DNA of 64,000 nt from Eledone cirrhosa (GCA_964016885.1 OZ024743.1:274102001-274166000), one strand, 5' to 3'; counted from the first letter of the stretch, positions 33,435-46,100 are shown. Numbers and translations are program-made. The notes: generated by a model not told the origin, from the letters alone.

Positions 33435-35522
33435 ATGGCTACGAAAAAGAAATTTCATACGTCACTCCCACTCATTCCGTCTTCTTCTTCCTCAATCATC
33501 ACTACAGCAGAGAGAAGATTGTCTCTCTCCCTCCCTTCTTTAAATGTGTCTCTCTCCCTCCCTTCTCTTTCGCAAGCGACGAAAGAAAAGAAAAGTCTCG
33601 TGCAAAGCGTGCAAGGTTTCTCTACGACGACGACGACAGCGACGAAACAGGTGTGCGGGAAATACGAAAACCCAGTTCATTCGTCTGACGTCAGGAATAA
33701 TAGCAGTAGCAGCCGTAATAACAACAGCAACAGTGACAATGAAAACAACAGTAGCAGCCGCAACAGCATCACCAGCAGCATAAACAACAACAGCATTAGC
33801 AGCAGCAACACCAACAACAACCACAGCAACAGCGGCGGAGGCAGTAGTCGTAGTACCTGCAGCAACAACAAAAGTACCAGCAGCTCTGACGACAACAACA
33901 ACAGCAGAGAAAAACCAATCTCATTTGCAGGTATTGCGAAAAACTTGGAAACAATCCTCATAACAAATGAGGAATTAGAGGAAGCGAAGAAGATGGTGAC
34001 AAAGAACGGACACCGAGCAATCTGCAAGGCAGCGAAAAATTTTTTCGAAACCCAAGAGCACTGTACGGTCACGTACCGTACAGTAAGTACAAAATCCCGT
34101 AGGGTGGAAAGAGCCACAGAGGCCCAAATACAAAAAGCCTTGGGGTCTGTGTGGCAGAGGAAAACGCACATCACCCGAGGCAAAAAATACGCCACCGTAG
34201 ACGTACTTTTTGCCACACCCCAGGAGGCAAAGGCCCAATCAGTAGTGACCCTAAGGAGCGAGGAAATGGTGTTGGTGCCCTCCTACTGCGGGCAAAAAAT
34301 TGTGAGGGTCAAACTAACCCACGTCCCCCCCGGAATGACCCCTTCTTGGCTGGCCGCGTCTGTCCTCGTCGGAATCGAGGACAAAACAACTGTACTGCAA
34401 GTACAGAAAAAAGTAAGAGAAGATTGGGTCGGCTCCTCCATTGAGATGCTAATCCAAACCAACCAGGAGTGCATCGAAGCTATCCCGGATGTGATAGACT
34501 TCGATAACGGCACTCAACTGCCCATAAGTGTTGAGGGCAAACGCCCGAAATGCTTTCGCTGTGGATCGAAGACTCACCTCAGGGCCTTCTGCAACGAGAA
34601 GACCCTGAGAAAGGAGAAAACCCCCCTCCTTCCGAATCCGGCTCCACGGCTACCAGCAACAGGACAAGCGGCAACCAGGAACGATAGGTCCGTGGCACCC
34701 ATACCCACTCCACGGAAATCAAAGACAGCAGCAGCAGTGGAAATATTAACAACAACAACAGCAATACCAAATGCAGCTGCAACAGAGACTCCAGTGCAAA
34801 CATCACCAACAACAACAAGTGAAAGAGTGGAGCTGGTACCCCTCCCCGACCTTACAGAATCAGACATGGAGTGTGAGGTGGGAGAGGGATGGCAAAAGGT
34901 CGCAAGAAGGCACAAACGCAGAAGCAGCGCATCGTCGCCTTTGAAAAGGGAGGAAAGAAATGAGAAAAGGGTAAAGTCTACTGCAAAGAGACCCACAGCA
35001 GCAACACCACCAACACCATCACCACCCACACCAGCACCACCATCACCACCGGCGACAACTCCACCGCCAACAACACCTTCAACACAAGCACCAACATCGC
35101 AAACACAACAACAAAACACACACACCCAGCAACAACGACAAGAAAATAGCAGAACCACACCCCACCCCCATAAAAACAAATGCACGGCAATAAATACACA
35201 CAACAAGAAACTAATGACTTACATAATTGAACACACAGACATTTCACAACAGGACTACATAATACCAGCACCAATCAAAACGCCAACTAACATAAGACTG
35301 CTAAAAATAGCACAGAAACAATACACAAATATTAAAACGAAATTCCCCAACGCAGTTGGTGATTTCAGGGACCTAGGAGGAACCATCAATCGAAGAGTAT
35401 ACTCAGACATTCTCTTAGAAGAGCCGACGACCAGCCGAAGGGACGATTCAACGGTCCCTTCACCAGACGATCAAGTGAAAAGGGATGTAAAAACCATCCC
35501 TCCTCTACCAAAAGTACGGTAA
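33435..35522 (+). CDS. LINE ORF1 protein (gag-like, single CCHC zinc knuckle)
   Basis: First ATG at 33435; CFRCGSKTHLRAFC knuckle; S/N-rich N-terminus and P/T-rich C-terminus; directly upstream of ORF2. Confidence 0.85.
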   Translation: MATKKKFHTSLPLIPSSSSSIITTAERRLSLSLPSLNVSLSLPSLSQATKEKKSLVQSVQGFSTTTTTATKQVCGKYENPVHSSDVRNNSSSSRNNNSNSDNENNSSSRNSITSSINNNSISSSNTNNNHSNSGGGSSRSTCSNNKSTSSSDDNNNSREKPISFAGIAKNLETILITNEELEEAKKMVTKNGHRAICKAAKNFFETQEHCTVTYRTVSTKSRRVERATEAQIQKALGSVWQRKTHITRGKKYATVDVLFATPQEAKAQSVVTLRSEEMVLVPSYCGQKIVRVKLTHVPPGMTPSWLAASVLVGIEDKTTVLQVQKKVREDWVGSSIEMLIQTNQECIEAIPDVIDFDNGTQLPISVEGKRPKCFRCGSKTHLRAFCNEKTLRKEKTPLLPNPAPRLPATGQAATRNDRSVAPIPTPRKSKTAAAVEILTTTTAIPNAAATETPVQTSPTTTSERVELVPLPDLTESDMECEVGEGWQKVARRHKRRSSASSPLKREERNEKRVKSTAKRPTAATPPTPSPPTPAPPSPPATTPPPTTPSTQAPTSQTQQQNTHTQQQRQENSRTTPHPHKNKCTAINTHNKKLMTYIIEHTDISQQDYIIPAPIKTPTNIRLLKIAQKQYTNIKTKFPNAVGDFRDLGGTINRRVYSDILLEEPTTSRRDDSTVPSPDDQVKRDVKTIPPLPKVR

Positions 35523-35557
35523 GTGGTCTTTCCCATCTTTTCCACTCTATTTTAAAC

Positions 35558-38500
35558 ATGACCTCACTCAGAATAGGCAGCATAAATGCGCGTGGCTTGG
35601 GGTCGTCATGGAAGCAGGGTCACCTGCTCAACGACCTCAGGTCACTAAACATAGATGTAGTGGCCATCAGCGAGACCAGAATCTCCGAGGCACGGGCCTT
35701 CGCACCGATCTTCGGCGGCTACGATGTGTACGCATCTCCCAGCCGTCCTGGATCCGGTGGAGGAGTTGCTGTGCTTTTTCGGAGAGGTTTGGATCTCGCC
35801 ATACGGGCCATCTTCCTGGACCCAGAGGGTAAGCTGGTGGTGCTGGACGTGACCAGCGGAGACGGGCAAGCTTTCAGGCTAGTGGCCGTCTATGCCCCGA
35901 CAGGAGCAGGGCGGCCTGATTTCTTCCGGCGTCTGGAGACCTTTCTTGGAACGTCCCGCTCTTTAGTGTTAGTGGGCGACTGGAACGGGATCTTAGATGC
36001 ACGCTGGGACTGTGTGGGATTAGCGGATAGGGGTGGAGGGTGCAAGAGCCTCACCAACCTGCTCAGGCGTTTTGAACTGTCTGACAGGTACCGATTGGAT
36101 TTCCCGAATGTGCCAATGTGGACTTGGACAAACCGCATAGGGTCATCCAGATCATATCTAGATAGAGTATTTTGTAGGGAAATAGATAGGTCTAGCATAG
36201 GCTGTCCACAATTCAAGATAGTCAGCTACACGGACCACAAATTCGTGACCTGTGTGCTTGACTTAGATAGGCTTCATAGACGAGGACCCGGCTACTGGAA
36301 GCTAAACGCGTCCTTACCAGCGCGCAAGGCCTACAGAGACCGGATTAGCGAACTAGTTAAGCGGGCGTTGACGGGGGCCATCGTCAACAACAAGTGGTGG
36401 TTTGCTCTGAAAAGAGCAATTAGAATAGAGTCCATTAGGTTTAGTAAGACTTTAGCAATAGAGAAAAATAGAGCAGAGGGAGAATTAGTTAGAAAATTAG
36501 ACGAGGCGCTTAGCAAAAGCATTGCGACCGACGTGCTTGCGGCGAAATTGGCCCTTGACCAATTCTTCAATGCAAAGCACGAAGGCTGCGTTGTCAGAGC
36601 AAGGGTGCGTGCTCTCAGACACGAGGGGACGAAAGCCGTTCAATGGGCCCGAGTGGCGGAGGCGCGTCGTGGCAACAAAGCCACGATCCGGTCTTTGGTG
36701 GACCACGACGGGCGCATGCTACTCGATCCCGGGCAAATGTGTGAAGCTTTTCAGCGACACTTCGCTCAGCTGTTCGGGGGCAGCGGTGGGCCGGGTAGAG
36801 GGATGGACTTTAGTGTCTACCTCGACGGACTGCCGCGGCTCTCGGCCACTGAGGCGAAGTGTTGCGAAAAGCCGATAACAGCCGCTGAAGTAAGGGAGGC
36901 AATGACTGGCTGCACAAGGGGTAAATCGCCTGGTTTGGATGGTCTGCCCTATGAACTTTACGTACAGATGCCAGACTTGTTCGGAGGCCTCTTGGCGGAC
37001 GTCTACTGCAACTGGCAACAGAACGGGAGAATTCCCAGTTCTGTGAGCCGAGGAGCGGTGGCACTGCTGAGAAAGTATCCGAACAAGGGGGATAACATAG
37101 ACAATTTCCGGCCCATAACTCTGCTAAACACAGAGTTTAAGATTTTGGCCAAGGTGCTAGCAAAGAGGTTGGCGCTTGTCGTTGGTGGTCTGGTGGGAGA
37201 GGCGCAGACATGCGCCATTCCCGACAGATCCATCCACGACAACCTCCACCTCATGCGATACATCGTAGAGAGGGTAGCTAGGGAACCTGGCACGGGTGGG
37301 TCCTTGATCAATTTAGATCAGTCGAAAGCTTTCGATAGGGTCGACCATCGTTACCTAGCGGCAGTCCTGAGGGCGGCTGGCTTTGGGCCCGTCTTCAGAG
37401 GCTGGATCGCTGCCATGCACAGCGACATCTGCTCTGTGGTGAGAGTGAACGGTCACCTGTCGGAACCGTTCAACATCATGCGCTCGGTCCGCCAAGGATG
37501 TCCCCTCTCGTCCCTCTTGTACGTATTGACTCTCGAGCCATTACTGCACAAACTGGAGACGTTGAGGGGAGTCCCGCGCGAACTAGGATGCGGAAGATCC
37601 GTGTCAGCATATGCGGACGATGTCACCGTAGTGGTGTCGAACGCCAAACACATCGAGGCGATCGGCACTACACTAAGAGAATACGAAGCGGTGACAGGAG
37701 CAATGATCAACCAGGAAAAGTCAGTGGGCCTGCAGCTCGGCACCTGGAGAGGCAGGTCCATGCCGTCCAACAGCGTCGTCGGGCGCTGGACGGACGGACC
37801 GGTTAAATTGCTAGGGGTCTGGTTCGGTCCGGACCTCCAGACGGACAAAAACTGGGACGAGGTGACGAGCAGGGTGGCTTCTCTCACCCAGAAATGGGCG
37901 GAGAGGAAGCTATCCCTGAAAGGTCGAGCGGAGGTGGCTAACGCGTACATCGCGTCTGTCATCTGCTACCGCCTAACCGTCGTACCTTGTCCTAAGCCTC
38001 GCCTGACTGCGCTGGAGCGTTTGCTCTTTCGCTTTTTGTGGAAGGGACGCGCTCCGATGGTCAGGCGGTCCATCTGTTGTCAACACCCGCTACGTGGAGG
38101 GCTGGGCATGCCGTGGCTGATGATGCGCAGGCACGCGCTCAGGCTACGACATCTCCACCTCTTCCTCGACGGTGATCAGGTGTGGTCGCCGTTTGCTAGA
38201 CGCGTTTTTCCCCAGCTCGTTTCCTTGACGGAGCTGCAGTCCTGGGTCAAGCGAAGACCGAGAGGGAGCGCCTGGAGACTGGAATGTCTTCAGGCGCTCA
38301 CAGCCCTCGACCAATCGGGCAATGTGATCGGTGGAAACTCCACCTCGGCGTTCTATAGAGGATTAGTGGAGGGGAAGAGCGACGACGTACTTGGGGAAAC
38401 TCTAGGCGTCGACGAAAATCAACTAGCCAATCTCTTCGGAAGAACTTTCGGGCCAGGGCCTATGGACAACTTCCTGAAATCTCTGGCCTGGCAGTGCTAC

Positions 38501-38977
38501 CGAGGAGCCTTGCCAGTTCGGGATAAACTCTACAGGCATGGAGGTGCCGTCAGCCGGGTATGTCCGAGATGCGCGCAGGGCGACGAAACCGTCCTGCACG
38601 CACTCGTCCAGTGTCCGAAAATTGCTGACTTGTGGGTTTATGTCGAACACCTGCTGTCGCGTTTAGGACGGATCCAGCTATCATCTGAGTCCATCGTGAG
38701 GATTGCCCCGCCCTCCTCCTTTAGCCGGGAAGGGCAGGCAGTTTTTATCTGTCTGGTGGCCATGGCGAAAGAGATAGTATGGTGGACACGTTTGAAAGGG
38801 CTGAAGACGAGCACTTACCTCTTCGGTGATGCTCTGATTGACTTTTTCAAATTTCATTTGAAAAGGAAAATCAGAGTAGAGAGGGAAGTGCTCTCTTCCC
38901 AGCATTTTGTTGAAAGATGGGTGAGAGAAGCAAGAATGGCCCGAGTGAATGGGCCGACTCTGAGTATATATCTGTAA
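35558..38977 (+). CDS. LINE ORF2: AP endonuclease + reverse transcriptase + C-terminal zinc finger (1139 aa)
   Basis: SINARGL, ISET, VYAP, GDWN, YLDRV, TDH (APE); KSPGLDG, FRPITLLN, DQSKAFDRV, RQGCPLS, AYADD (RT); CPRC..ETVLHALVQC. Confidence 0.97.
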   Translation: MTSLRIGSINARGLGSSWKQGHLLNDLRSLNIDVVAISETRISEARAFAPIFGGYDVYASPSRPGSGGGVAVLFRRGLDLAIRAIFLDPEGKLVVLDVTSGDGQAFRLVAVYAPTGAGRPDFFRRLETFLGTSRSLVLVGDWNGILDARWDCVGLADRGGGCKSLTNLLRRFELSDRYRLDFPNVPMWTWTNRIGSSRSYLDRVFCREIDRSSIGCPQFKIVSYTDHKFVTCVLDLDRLHRRGPGYWKLNASLPARKAYRDRISELVKRALTGAIVNNKWWFALKRAIRIESIRFSKTLAIEKNRAEGELVRKLDEALSKSIATDVLAAKLALDQFFNAKHEGCVVRARVRALRHEGTKAVQWARVAEARRGNKATIRSLVDHDGRMLLDPGQMCEAFQRHFAQLFGGSGGPGRGMDFSVYLDGLPRLSATEAKCCEKPITAAEVREAMTGCTRGKSPGLDGLPYELYVQMPDLFGGLLADVYCNWQQNGRIPSSVSRGAVALLRKYPNKGDNIDNFRPITLLNTEFKILAKVLAKRLALVVGGLVGEAQTCAIPDRSIHDNLHLMRYIVERVAREPGTGGSLINLDQSKAFDRVDHRYLAAVLRAAGFGPVFRGWIAAMHSDICSVVRVNGHLSEPFNIMRSVRQGCPLSSLLYVLTLEPLLHKLETLRGVPRELGCGRSVSAYADDVTVVVSNAKHIEAIGTTLREYEAVTGAMINQEKSVGLQLGTWRGRSMPSNSVVGRWTDGPVKLLGVWFGPDLQTDKNWDEVTSRVASLTQKWAERKLSLKGRAEVANAYIASVICYRLTVVPCPKPRLTALERLLFRFLWKGRAPMVRRSICCQHPLRGGLGMPWLMMRRHALRLRHLHLFLDGDQVWSPFARRVFPQLVSLTELQSWVKRRPRGSAWRLECLQALTALDQSGNVIGGNSTSAFYRGLVEGKSDDVLGETLGVDENQLANLFGRTFGPGPMDNFLKSLAWQCYRGALPVRDKLYRHGGAVSRVCPRCAQGDETVLHALVQCPKIADLWVYVEHLLSRLGRIQLSSESIVRIAPPSSFSREGQAVFICLVAMAKEIVWWTRLKGLKTSTYLFGDALIDFFKFHLKRKIRVEREVLSSQHFVERWVREARMARVNGPTLSIYL

Positions 38978-39237
38978 ACTAAAGGTGGAAAACTGGGAGA
39001 GGGCACTTGCCTTGGTGGTCAGGGTCATTGTGGCTTTTTACTGGGCTTTCTCCACAAATGTCCCTCCGAAGTCTCCCCCCTATTGGGGAATTTTTCATTG
39101 TTATTTTCATTGTTATTTTTGTTACATCCTCTGTTTTTGTTTTTTTACACGCAGAAATGCCCATTTGTACCGTCCTGCATTGTCCTGCACTGTCCTTAAT
39201 GTCTACTTTATGTAAACCCTTGTGGTTAATAAAGAAA

Positions 39238-39295
<58 letters not shown>

Positions 39296-39302
39296 ATATA
39301 TA

Positions 39303-40424
39303 TAAAAGAATAGAGGTGTAACACACAAGTTATGATATATTGGTAAACGGAATAGAAAATGCTGACAAATTGTTCACAGTGAAAAACAGTTTAATTAGGA
39401 ATAAGTGATAATTAGTAATAGTATTGGTTAGTATTAAGTTTTGGTTTTAAGTTTTACCGGTTGCACATTTCTAATGCTTTTCAAAAATCATTTTGAGATA
39501 GAGCGTCCGTGATGTTTGCTCTGATCTGATTAGTTTTGGGAATTCTTCCTGTTTTTATGTTAAAAAAGTGGCTCCAGCGGTATTAAAATAAGTTTTGCGC
39601 CAATTCGTGTTGCAAAAATTCTTGTGGTCAAAACAATTTTGATTGGTCGGTAGAGGGCATGTGAATGTAAAAGATTGATTTTGCGCCAAATGTAGGTTTG
39701 TGTCGGCTGACTGAGAAACAAGTCTCTCACAACAAATATGTGTGTGGGGGTGTGTAGTAGCAACAAAGAGGTTCGTTGTAGTGATAATGGTCAGCAGGGA
39801 TGTGTGTGCGAACCGCAGCCTGTTGACAGTTCAGATGCCTATTAAGACAGGTGTGTGTGTGTGTGTAGCAGAGTAATTCGTGGTAGAGGGATGGTCAGTA
39901 GGAATGTGTCTGTAAGTGTGTGGGGGATATTTTAACAGATATTTTTTCAGCTCTTGTCTTATACGGAGAAGTGTGTAGTGTGTGTGTGTGTATGTCTCTT
40001 TGTATGTTAATTTACGCGTGTGTATGTGTGTGTGTATATATGTGCGTGTGTGTGAGAGAGAGAATGTGTGTGTGTGTGTGTGTATGTGGATCAGTATTTA
40101 TTTCTGATAAAATGGTGTACACCATTCGACATCTTCAGTAAAAGCGCCTCTCCCGATAGAACACCAAAAACCTTAACAATAAAGGTGTGAAATGATACAT
40201 AGTATTGGCACAATACCAAGGTGTGTGTGAGTGTGTCCGACTACATTTGGCGCAAAATCAATTTTTTACATTCACATGACCTCTACCGACCAATCAAAAT
40301 TGTTTTGACCACAAGAATTTTTGCAACACGAATTGGCGCAAAACTTATTTTAATACCGCTGGAGTCACTTTTTTAACATAAAAACAGGTAGAATTCCCAA
40401 AACTAATCAGATCAGAGCAAACAT
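39303..40424. mobile_element. ORF-less inverted copy of PLE family C pLTR
   Basis: Left arm starts with the aaaagaatagaggtgtaacac extension; 39513-39700 is the reverse complement of 40239-40424. Confidence 0.8.
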
Positions 40425-40433
40425 TTATATATG

Positions 40434-40466
<33 letters not shown>

Positions 40467-40728
40467 GTATATATATACATGTATATATACACCTAAAGAA
40501 ACAAATTTTGATCATCACCAGAAGAGTTTATATATATATATACAACTGCTGGTGATATGCATGTAAGTAAATATTTTCTTTATCTGTTATTTCGTAACTA
40601 ACCTTACATAGATCGATATCGAAGTATAGTACGATGTATTACCATCACCTAGAAACGATCGTAAAGCAGTGAAGTATATTTCTAATGACTTGATCTTTTA
40701 TTTCATTGTTTTAACTTATATATATATA

Positions 40729-40802
<74 letters not shown>

Positions 40803-40807
<5 letters not shown>

Positions 40808-42373
40808 GACAAACATAGAATATTCGAAAATATTCTGTATGTTTATAATAAACATTTTGAAGACCCAATCGCTATAGAATAGAATACGTCACGTATTACA
40901 ATTTGAGATTCTCGATAAAAGCAAGGGAAGTAACCTACGCGTTTCATTCTTATTAGAAATCATCAGGATTACATATCCAAAGCTTTTATCGAGAACGACA
41001 CAGCTAGAGACTTATAGAATACTTAGCTGTGTACAGGAACTGGTTTGAAAGAGCGGTTGCCGGTCCGGCAGAAATTAGAATTTGGATTTAATGCTCTGAA
41101 ATAGCGATATATATGTGAAGACAAACATAGAATATTCGAAAATATTCTGTATGTTTATAATAAACATTTTGAAGACCCAATCGCTATAGAATAGAATACG
41201 TCACGTATTACAATTTGAGATTCTCGATAAAAGCAAGGGAAGTAACCTACGCGTTTCATTCTTATTAGAAATCATCAGGATTACATATCCAAAGCTTTTA
41301 TCGAGAACGACACATCTAGAGACTTATAGAATACTTAGCTGTGTACAGGAACTGGTTTGAAAGAGCGGTTGCCGGTCCGGCAGAAATTAGAATTTGGATT
41401 TAATGCTCTGAAATAGCGATATATATGTGAAGACAAACATAGAATATTCGAAAATATTCTGTATGTTTATAATAAACATTTTGAAGACCCAATCGCTATA
41501 GAATAGAATACGTCACGTATTACAATTTGAGATTCTCGATAAAAGCAAGGGAAGTAACCTACGCGTTTCATTCTTATTAGAAATCATCAGGATTACATAT
41601 CCAAAGCTTTTATCGAGAACGACACAGCTAGAGACTTATAGAATACTTAGCTGTGTACAGGAACTGGTTTGAAAGAGCGGTAGCCGGTCCGGCAGAAATT
41701 AGAATTTGGATTTAATGCTCTGAAATAGCGATATTTATGTGAAGACAAACATAGAATATTCGAAAATATTCTGTATGTTTATAATAAACATTTTGAAGAC
41801 CCAATCACTAGAGAATAGAATACGTCACGTATCGTTCTCGATAAAAGCTTTGGATACGTAATCCTGATGATTTCTAATAAGAATGAAACGCGTAGGTTAC
41901 TTCCCTTGCTTTTATCGAGAATCTCAAATTGTAATACGTGATGTATTCTATTCTATAGCGATTGGGTCTTCAAAATGTTTATTATAAACATACAGAATAT
42001 TTTCGAATATTCTATGTTTGTCTTCACATATATATCGCTATTTCAGAGCATTAAATCCAAATTCTAATTTCTGCCGGACCGGCTACCGCTCTTTCAAACC
42101 AGTTCCTGTACACAGCTAAGTATTCTATAAGTCTCTAGCTTTGTCGTTCTCGATAAAAGCTTTGGATATGTAATCCTGATGATTTCTAATAAGAATGAAA
42201 CGCGTAGGTTACTTCCCTTGCTTTTATCGAGAATCTCAAATTGTAATACGTGACGTATTCTATTCTATAGCGATTGGGTTTTCAAAATGTTTATTATAAA
42301 CATACAGAATATTTTCGAATATTCTATGTTTGTCTTCACATATATATCGCTATTTCAGAGCATTAAATCCAAA
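40803..42373. repeat. 312-bp tandem array (about 3.3 units minus + about 1.7 units plus), retrozyme-like
   Basis: gaagacaaac at 40805, 41117, 41429, 41741; orientation flips at about 41832; TA flanks; one hammerhead per complete unit. Confidence 0.92.
41858..41900 (+). ncRNA. Type I hammerhead ribozyme of the 312-bp unit (also 42170-42212 plus; 40930-40972, 41242-41284, 41554-41596 minus)
   Basis: guaauc-CUGAUGA-u-uucu(aaua)agaa-u-GAAACGCGUA-gguuac: 6-bp stem I, palindromic ACGCGU stem III, GUA site. Confidence 0.85.
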
Positions 42374-42394
42374 TATATATATATATATATATAT

Positions 42395-42837
42395 GCAAAA
42401 GTTTTATTTAAAATTGTTGGGTTACAACAAGTAAATATTTTATAACTGATATAAAACACTCGACAAGTTTTGGAGTAGATATACGATATTAAACAAATGG
42501 AAACTATATTTATAAAACTATATTTATTTCATTATACATATTTCGGGGATACCATATTAAAAATATGGCATGCCTTCTTCAGATAAAATACAATATATAA
42601 ACAGTTTTATAAATAATTTTGACGTACCATAAATATTGAGCAACCGTTATGTAAGAAAACCGGCTTCTTACATAACGGTTGATCAATATTTATGGTACGT
42701 CAAAATTATTTATAAAACTGTTTATATATTGTATTTTATCTGAAGAAGGCGTGCCATATTTTTAATATGGTATCCCCGAAATATGTATAATGAAATAAAT
42801 ATGGTTTTATAAATATAGTTTCCATTTGTTTAATATC

Positions 42838-42840
<3 letters not shown>
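42395..42840. mobile_element. Near-perfect 360-bp palindrome with a hammerhead-like motif in each arm
   Basis: 42481-42840 symmetric about 42660; CUGAAGA (42740)-long hairpin-GAAAUAUGUA; left extension about 85 nt; relative at 48125-48345. Confidence 0.75.
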
Positions 42841-42900
<60 letters not shown>

Positions 42901-43095
42901 TATATATACATGGTAATAGAAGCAGTGGTCGGCAGCCAAAACGATGCCTTGATAATGTTGAGTTATGGACTGGACTTGACCTTTGCTGTTTAAACTCTTC
43001 TGGTGATGATCGAGATTTGTTTCTTTAGGTTTTCTCATTTTGCCATACAGGAAAACTTCCAGGATAACTGGACATTGACTCTACCTTTATATATT

Positions 43096-43130
<35 letters not shown>

Positions 43131-46100
43131 GTGTCTGTGTGTGTGTGTGTTCAGATTATTCTTATCGTTTATACGGAGGAATACTGAGTAGAAAGGCAAT
43201 TTCACATTTGGCCCGCTAAAGGAAATCAAATATAATTTGAATATATCTACTATGTTTTAACAGACATTGGAGCGAGTGAAACTATAAGGATGATATATCT
43301 TTGACATAATCCATGTCACCTCTTTCCTCCTGATTTTATGTGTACTTGAACATATCTTAGTCAATCCAATTGAGGTATTCGCTGTATAGATCTAACGAGA
43401 TCCATGCACATTGCTTTTCCCAGTCTGTATTTTTCCGAACATCTCAATTAACTGATATTATCAGAATAATCTCCTTACAGAGGTTTTAAACATACCCCGA
43501 GAAACATGTTGTCTTCTATTTGTACAGTTGTGCTGAATGCTTATTCAATTAATACTAGGCAATCCTCTTAAAATGTGTGTGTAACACACCTTTATCCCCC
43601 CTCTCTCTCTATGTATATATATGTTTGTGTGTGTGTGTATGTGTGTGTGCGTGTGTGTATGCGCGCGCGCGTTTGTGTATGTTTGTATGTGGACATGTGA
43701 GTGTTTTTACGTGTGTGTATAAACGAGTCGAAGTTTAATCAATACACAACGTTTTTTTTATGATAGTTTTCATGTATCACTTAATTTACTACGATTGACT
43801 TACAAACCCCCGCAATGTAATGTGTACCTGTCTTTCTTACTAGCTTGCATAGTAAATAGAATCTAGAGCAGGTATTTGGCATTCGTCAATAATTTCCTAA
43901 TCAATTTTCTCTGATTACAAAAGAAAAGGAAATTTATGGGGTTTCTTTCAACGTGAGCACGATAATATATAAAAAAAATTCTTACATGTGACTATTTCTT
44001 TTGTCAAAATGTTAGTGTTTTGAATTTAATTTGAAATTTTCAATTGGATCCCAGATTTGATTACCGGTATTATGTTGTAGGTAAATCATGCTGGTGTGAA
44101 AACAATCTGTATTTCGTTAGAGATCACCGTATCTTTATTCAATTGATATGGAATACACAAACGCAACCTATGTTTATTCTTGTATTGAACTTATAAACGT
44201 ATTTGAAAATCATTGCGTGATTTTAAACACGTATATGTGCCTTTGCATATGTAAATATAGCAATTTATCTTTTATGCATTTGATGAAATACAGTTAAACG
44301 TAGAAAGCAAATATGTTAGATTAAGCGAACAAACATACGTATGAAATATGTTGCACTTATAATGAGAAATTGTATGAACGTCTAAATAATATTAACTTCT
44401 ATAAAATCAACAAAAGAAGTATGTTTACTTTGAACGCAGTTCTCTATCTCGTTTGATATATTTGTAAAACGTAGATGATGATTCTAAAGTTAATGTAATG
44501 TCTGGCATATTGTGGGTTATTTGTTATTGAAATATATAATCAGAAAAAAAATGAGGTACAATTTCAGTTGAATCTATGCGAAAAATATTAGATTGAACGT
44601 TTCTATAAGTATAACACCTGATACACTACGTTTGATTATATATGTATGTATTTTATCATTCAAAATAGATGGTTCTCTTATCCCGTGAAAATGCTTAGAA
44701 TAGCAGCTAGGTGAAATAGTCATGAGTTTGTTTCCAGGATGAGACGGCGTGTCCATCAGCATGACACTTGCTTTCATTTTGCTCCAGTCAACTCAGCTAG
44801 AAAAAAAAACGTTGTTTCTGCAATTCAAAAGGTTAGCTATGTCACATATTATTGTGTCAGACTGAATCTCTCCTAGAACTACATTAAAGACTCGTGACTG
44901 TGGTACGCTCAGCCACTTGCACGTTAATTTCACAAACCAAGTGTTCCTTTACTGAAACTGCATGTACTGTCTTCGTCATAACCAGCAGAGGCCCATTATG
45001 CATAGATATTCAAAATAGACGCCTGAAAGTGTCTAATAACTGATGGTGAGTGTTCAATCAACTCAGATAATGAAACTTAACATTCCACTATAGATTTCAT
45101 GTGTACGAGTTTAAATTAGCTACATTTCTAACGAGAGCACTGTTCGTTTCTCGTCTGAGTACATGTCCTATTTCTATTTACGCGTGGCCAGATCCGAATT
45201 TGAATCGGTTACAATTAGTTCTGATCTAGAATTGATTTGCTCATTAAATGCAATGAAAATTAGAATCAATATATGTTTATATAACAGTTGTTCCTTTGCG
45301 AAACACGTGGTACGCGTGATTACGAATTAAATATGTTTATCTGAAACTTCCAACTCTTTCTAGGCATATGACTCCGATAACAAAGAGATTTCAGATTTAC
45401 CCAGACGTTTTACTACTGAACATCTAACTGACGTATAAGCATTGAGTGTTGAAACACGTACCACTTACATTATTGTGTATTACCCACCAATTGGCTATGT
45501 ATATATGAAAATGTTTGAGAGTGAACACTACATGAAATCCAGATCGGAGTCTGTCGAACCAGCTCTTCTCACAATTATCTTAAAGTCAAGTTAAATGACG
45601 ATGACCTCGATTTGGCACCTTAGATATAACAAGAGCTCTACAAGAAGCATGCTGAACAATGAATGCCGTCTATCCTTTACGACGAAGACATCGTCAGCTC
45701 ATTGTATCCTGGCAGATAACGCCAGTCGGTTATATCATACCCAGTACATGAATGACATTCTATTTTATTGATCCCGGGCGGAGTGGGTAATGAAATCCAA
45801 AGATGATTTCGACGAGATTTGAACTAAGTACTTTTTAAATACAGGAAAAAAAGACATTTGCTAGACCCTTTTCTTTTGTGCCATGTAGAATTTTTGATTA
45901 TAGATACTATATTTTCTGTTTCAAGCATTTGCATTTTTCCATGATATTTTGCCTAGATGTATCTATATCTATAGGGAACAATAAGAGATGCCGTCAAAAA
46001 CAATTAAATAATATAGTCCTAAGGCTGAGATTAATTTGGACACAGAAAAACAAAACAATTACACCTTACCGACATTTAACTGAAAATGATAGTGTGTGTG

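Larger units (their letters stand above)
33222..39290 (+). mobile_element. Full-length L1/Tx1-type LINE in a (TTA)n tract
   Basis: 5' UTR, two open ORFs, about 260-nt 3' UTR, (TTA)n at both ends. Confidence 0.9.

Noticed and set aside
40803-42373. CRISPR array or plain satellite
   Set aside because: No unique spacers and eukaryotic context; few units, one inversion and ribozymes fit a retro-derived array better
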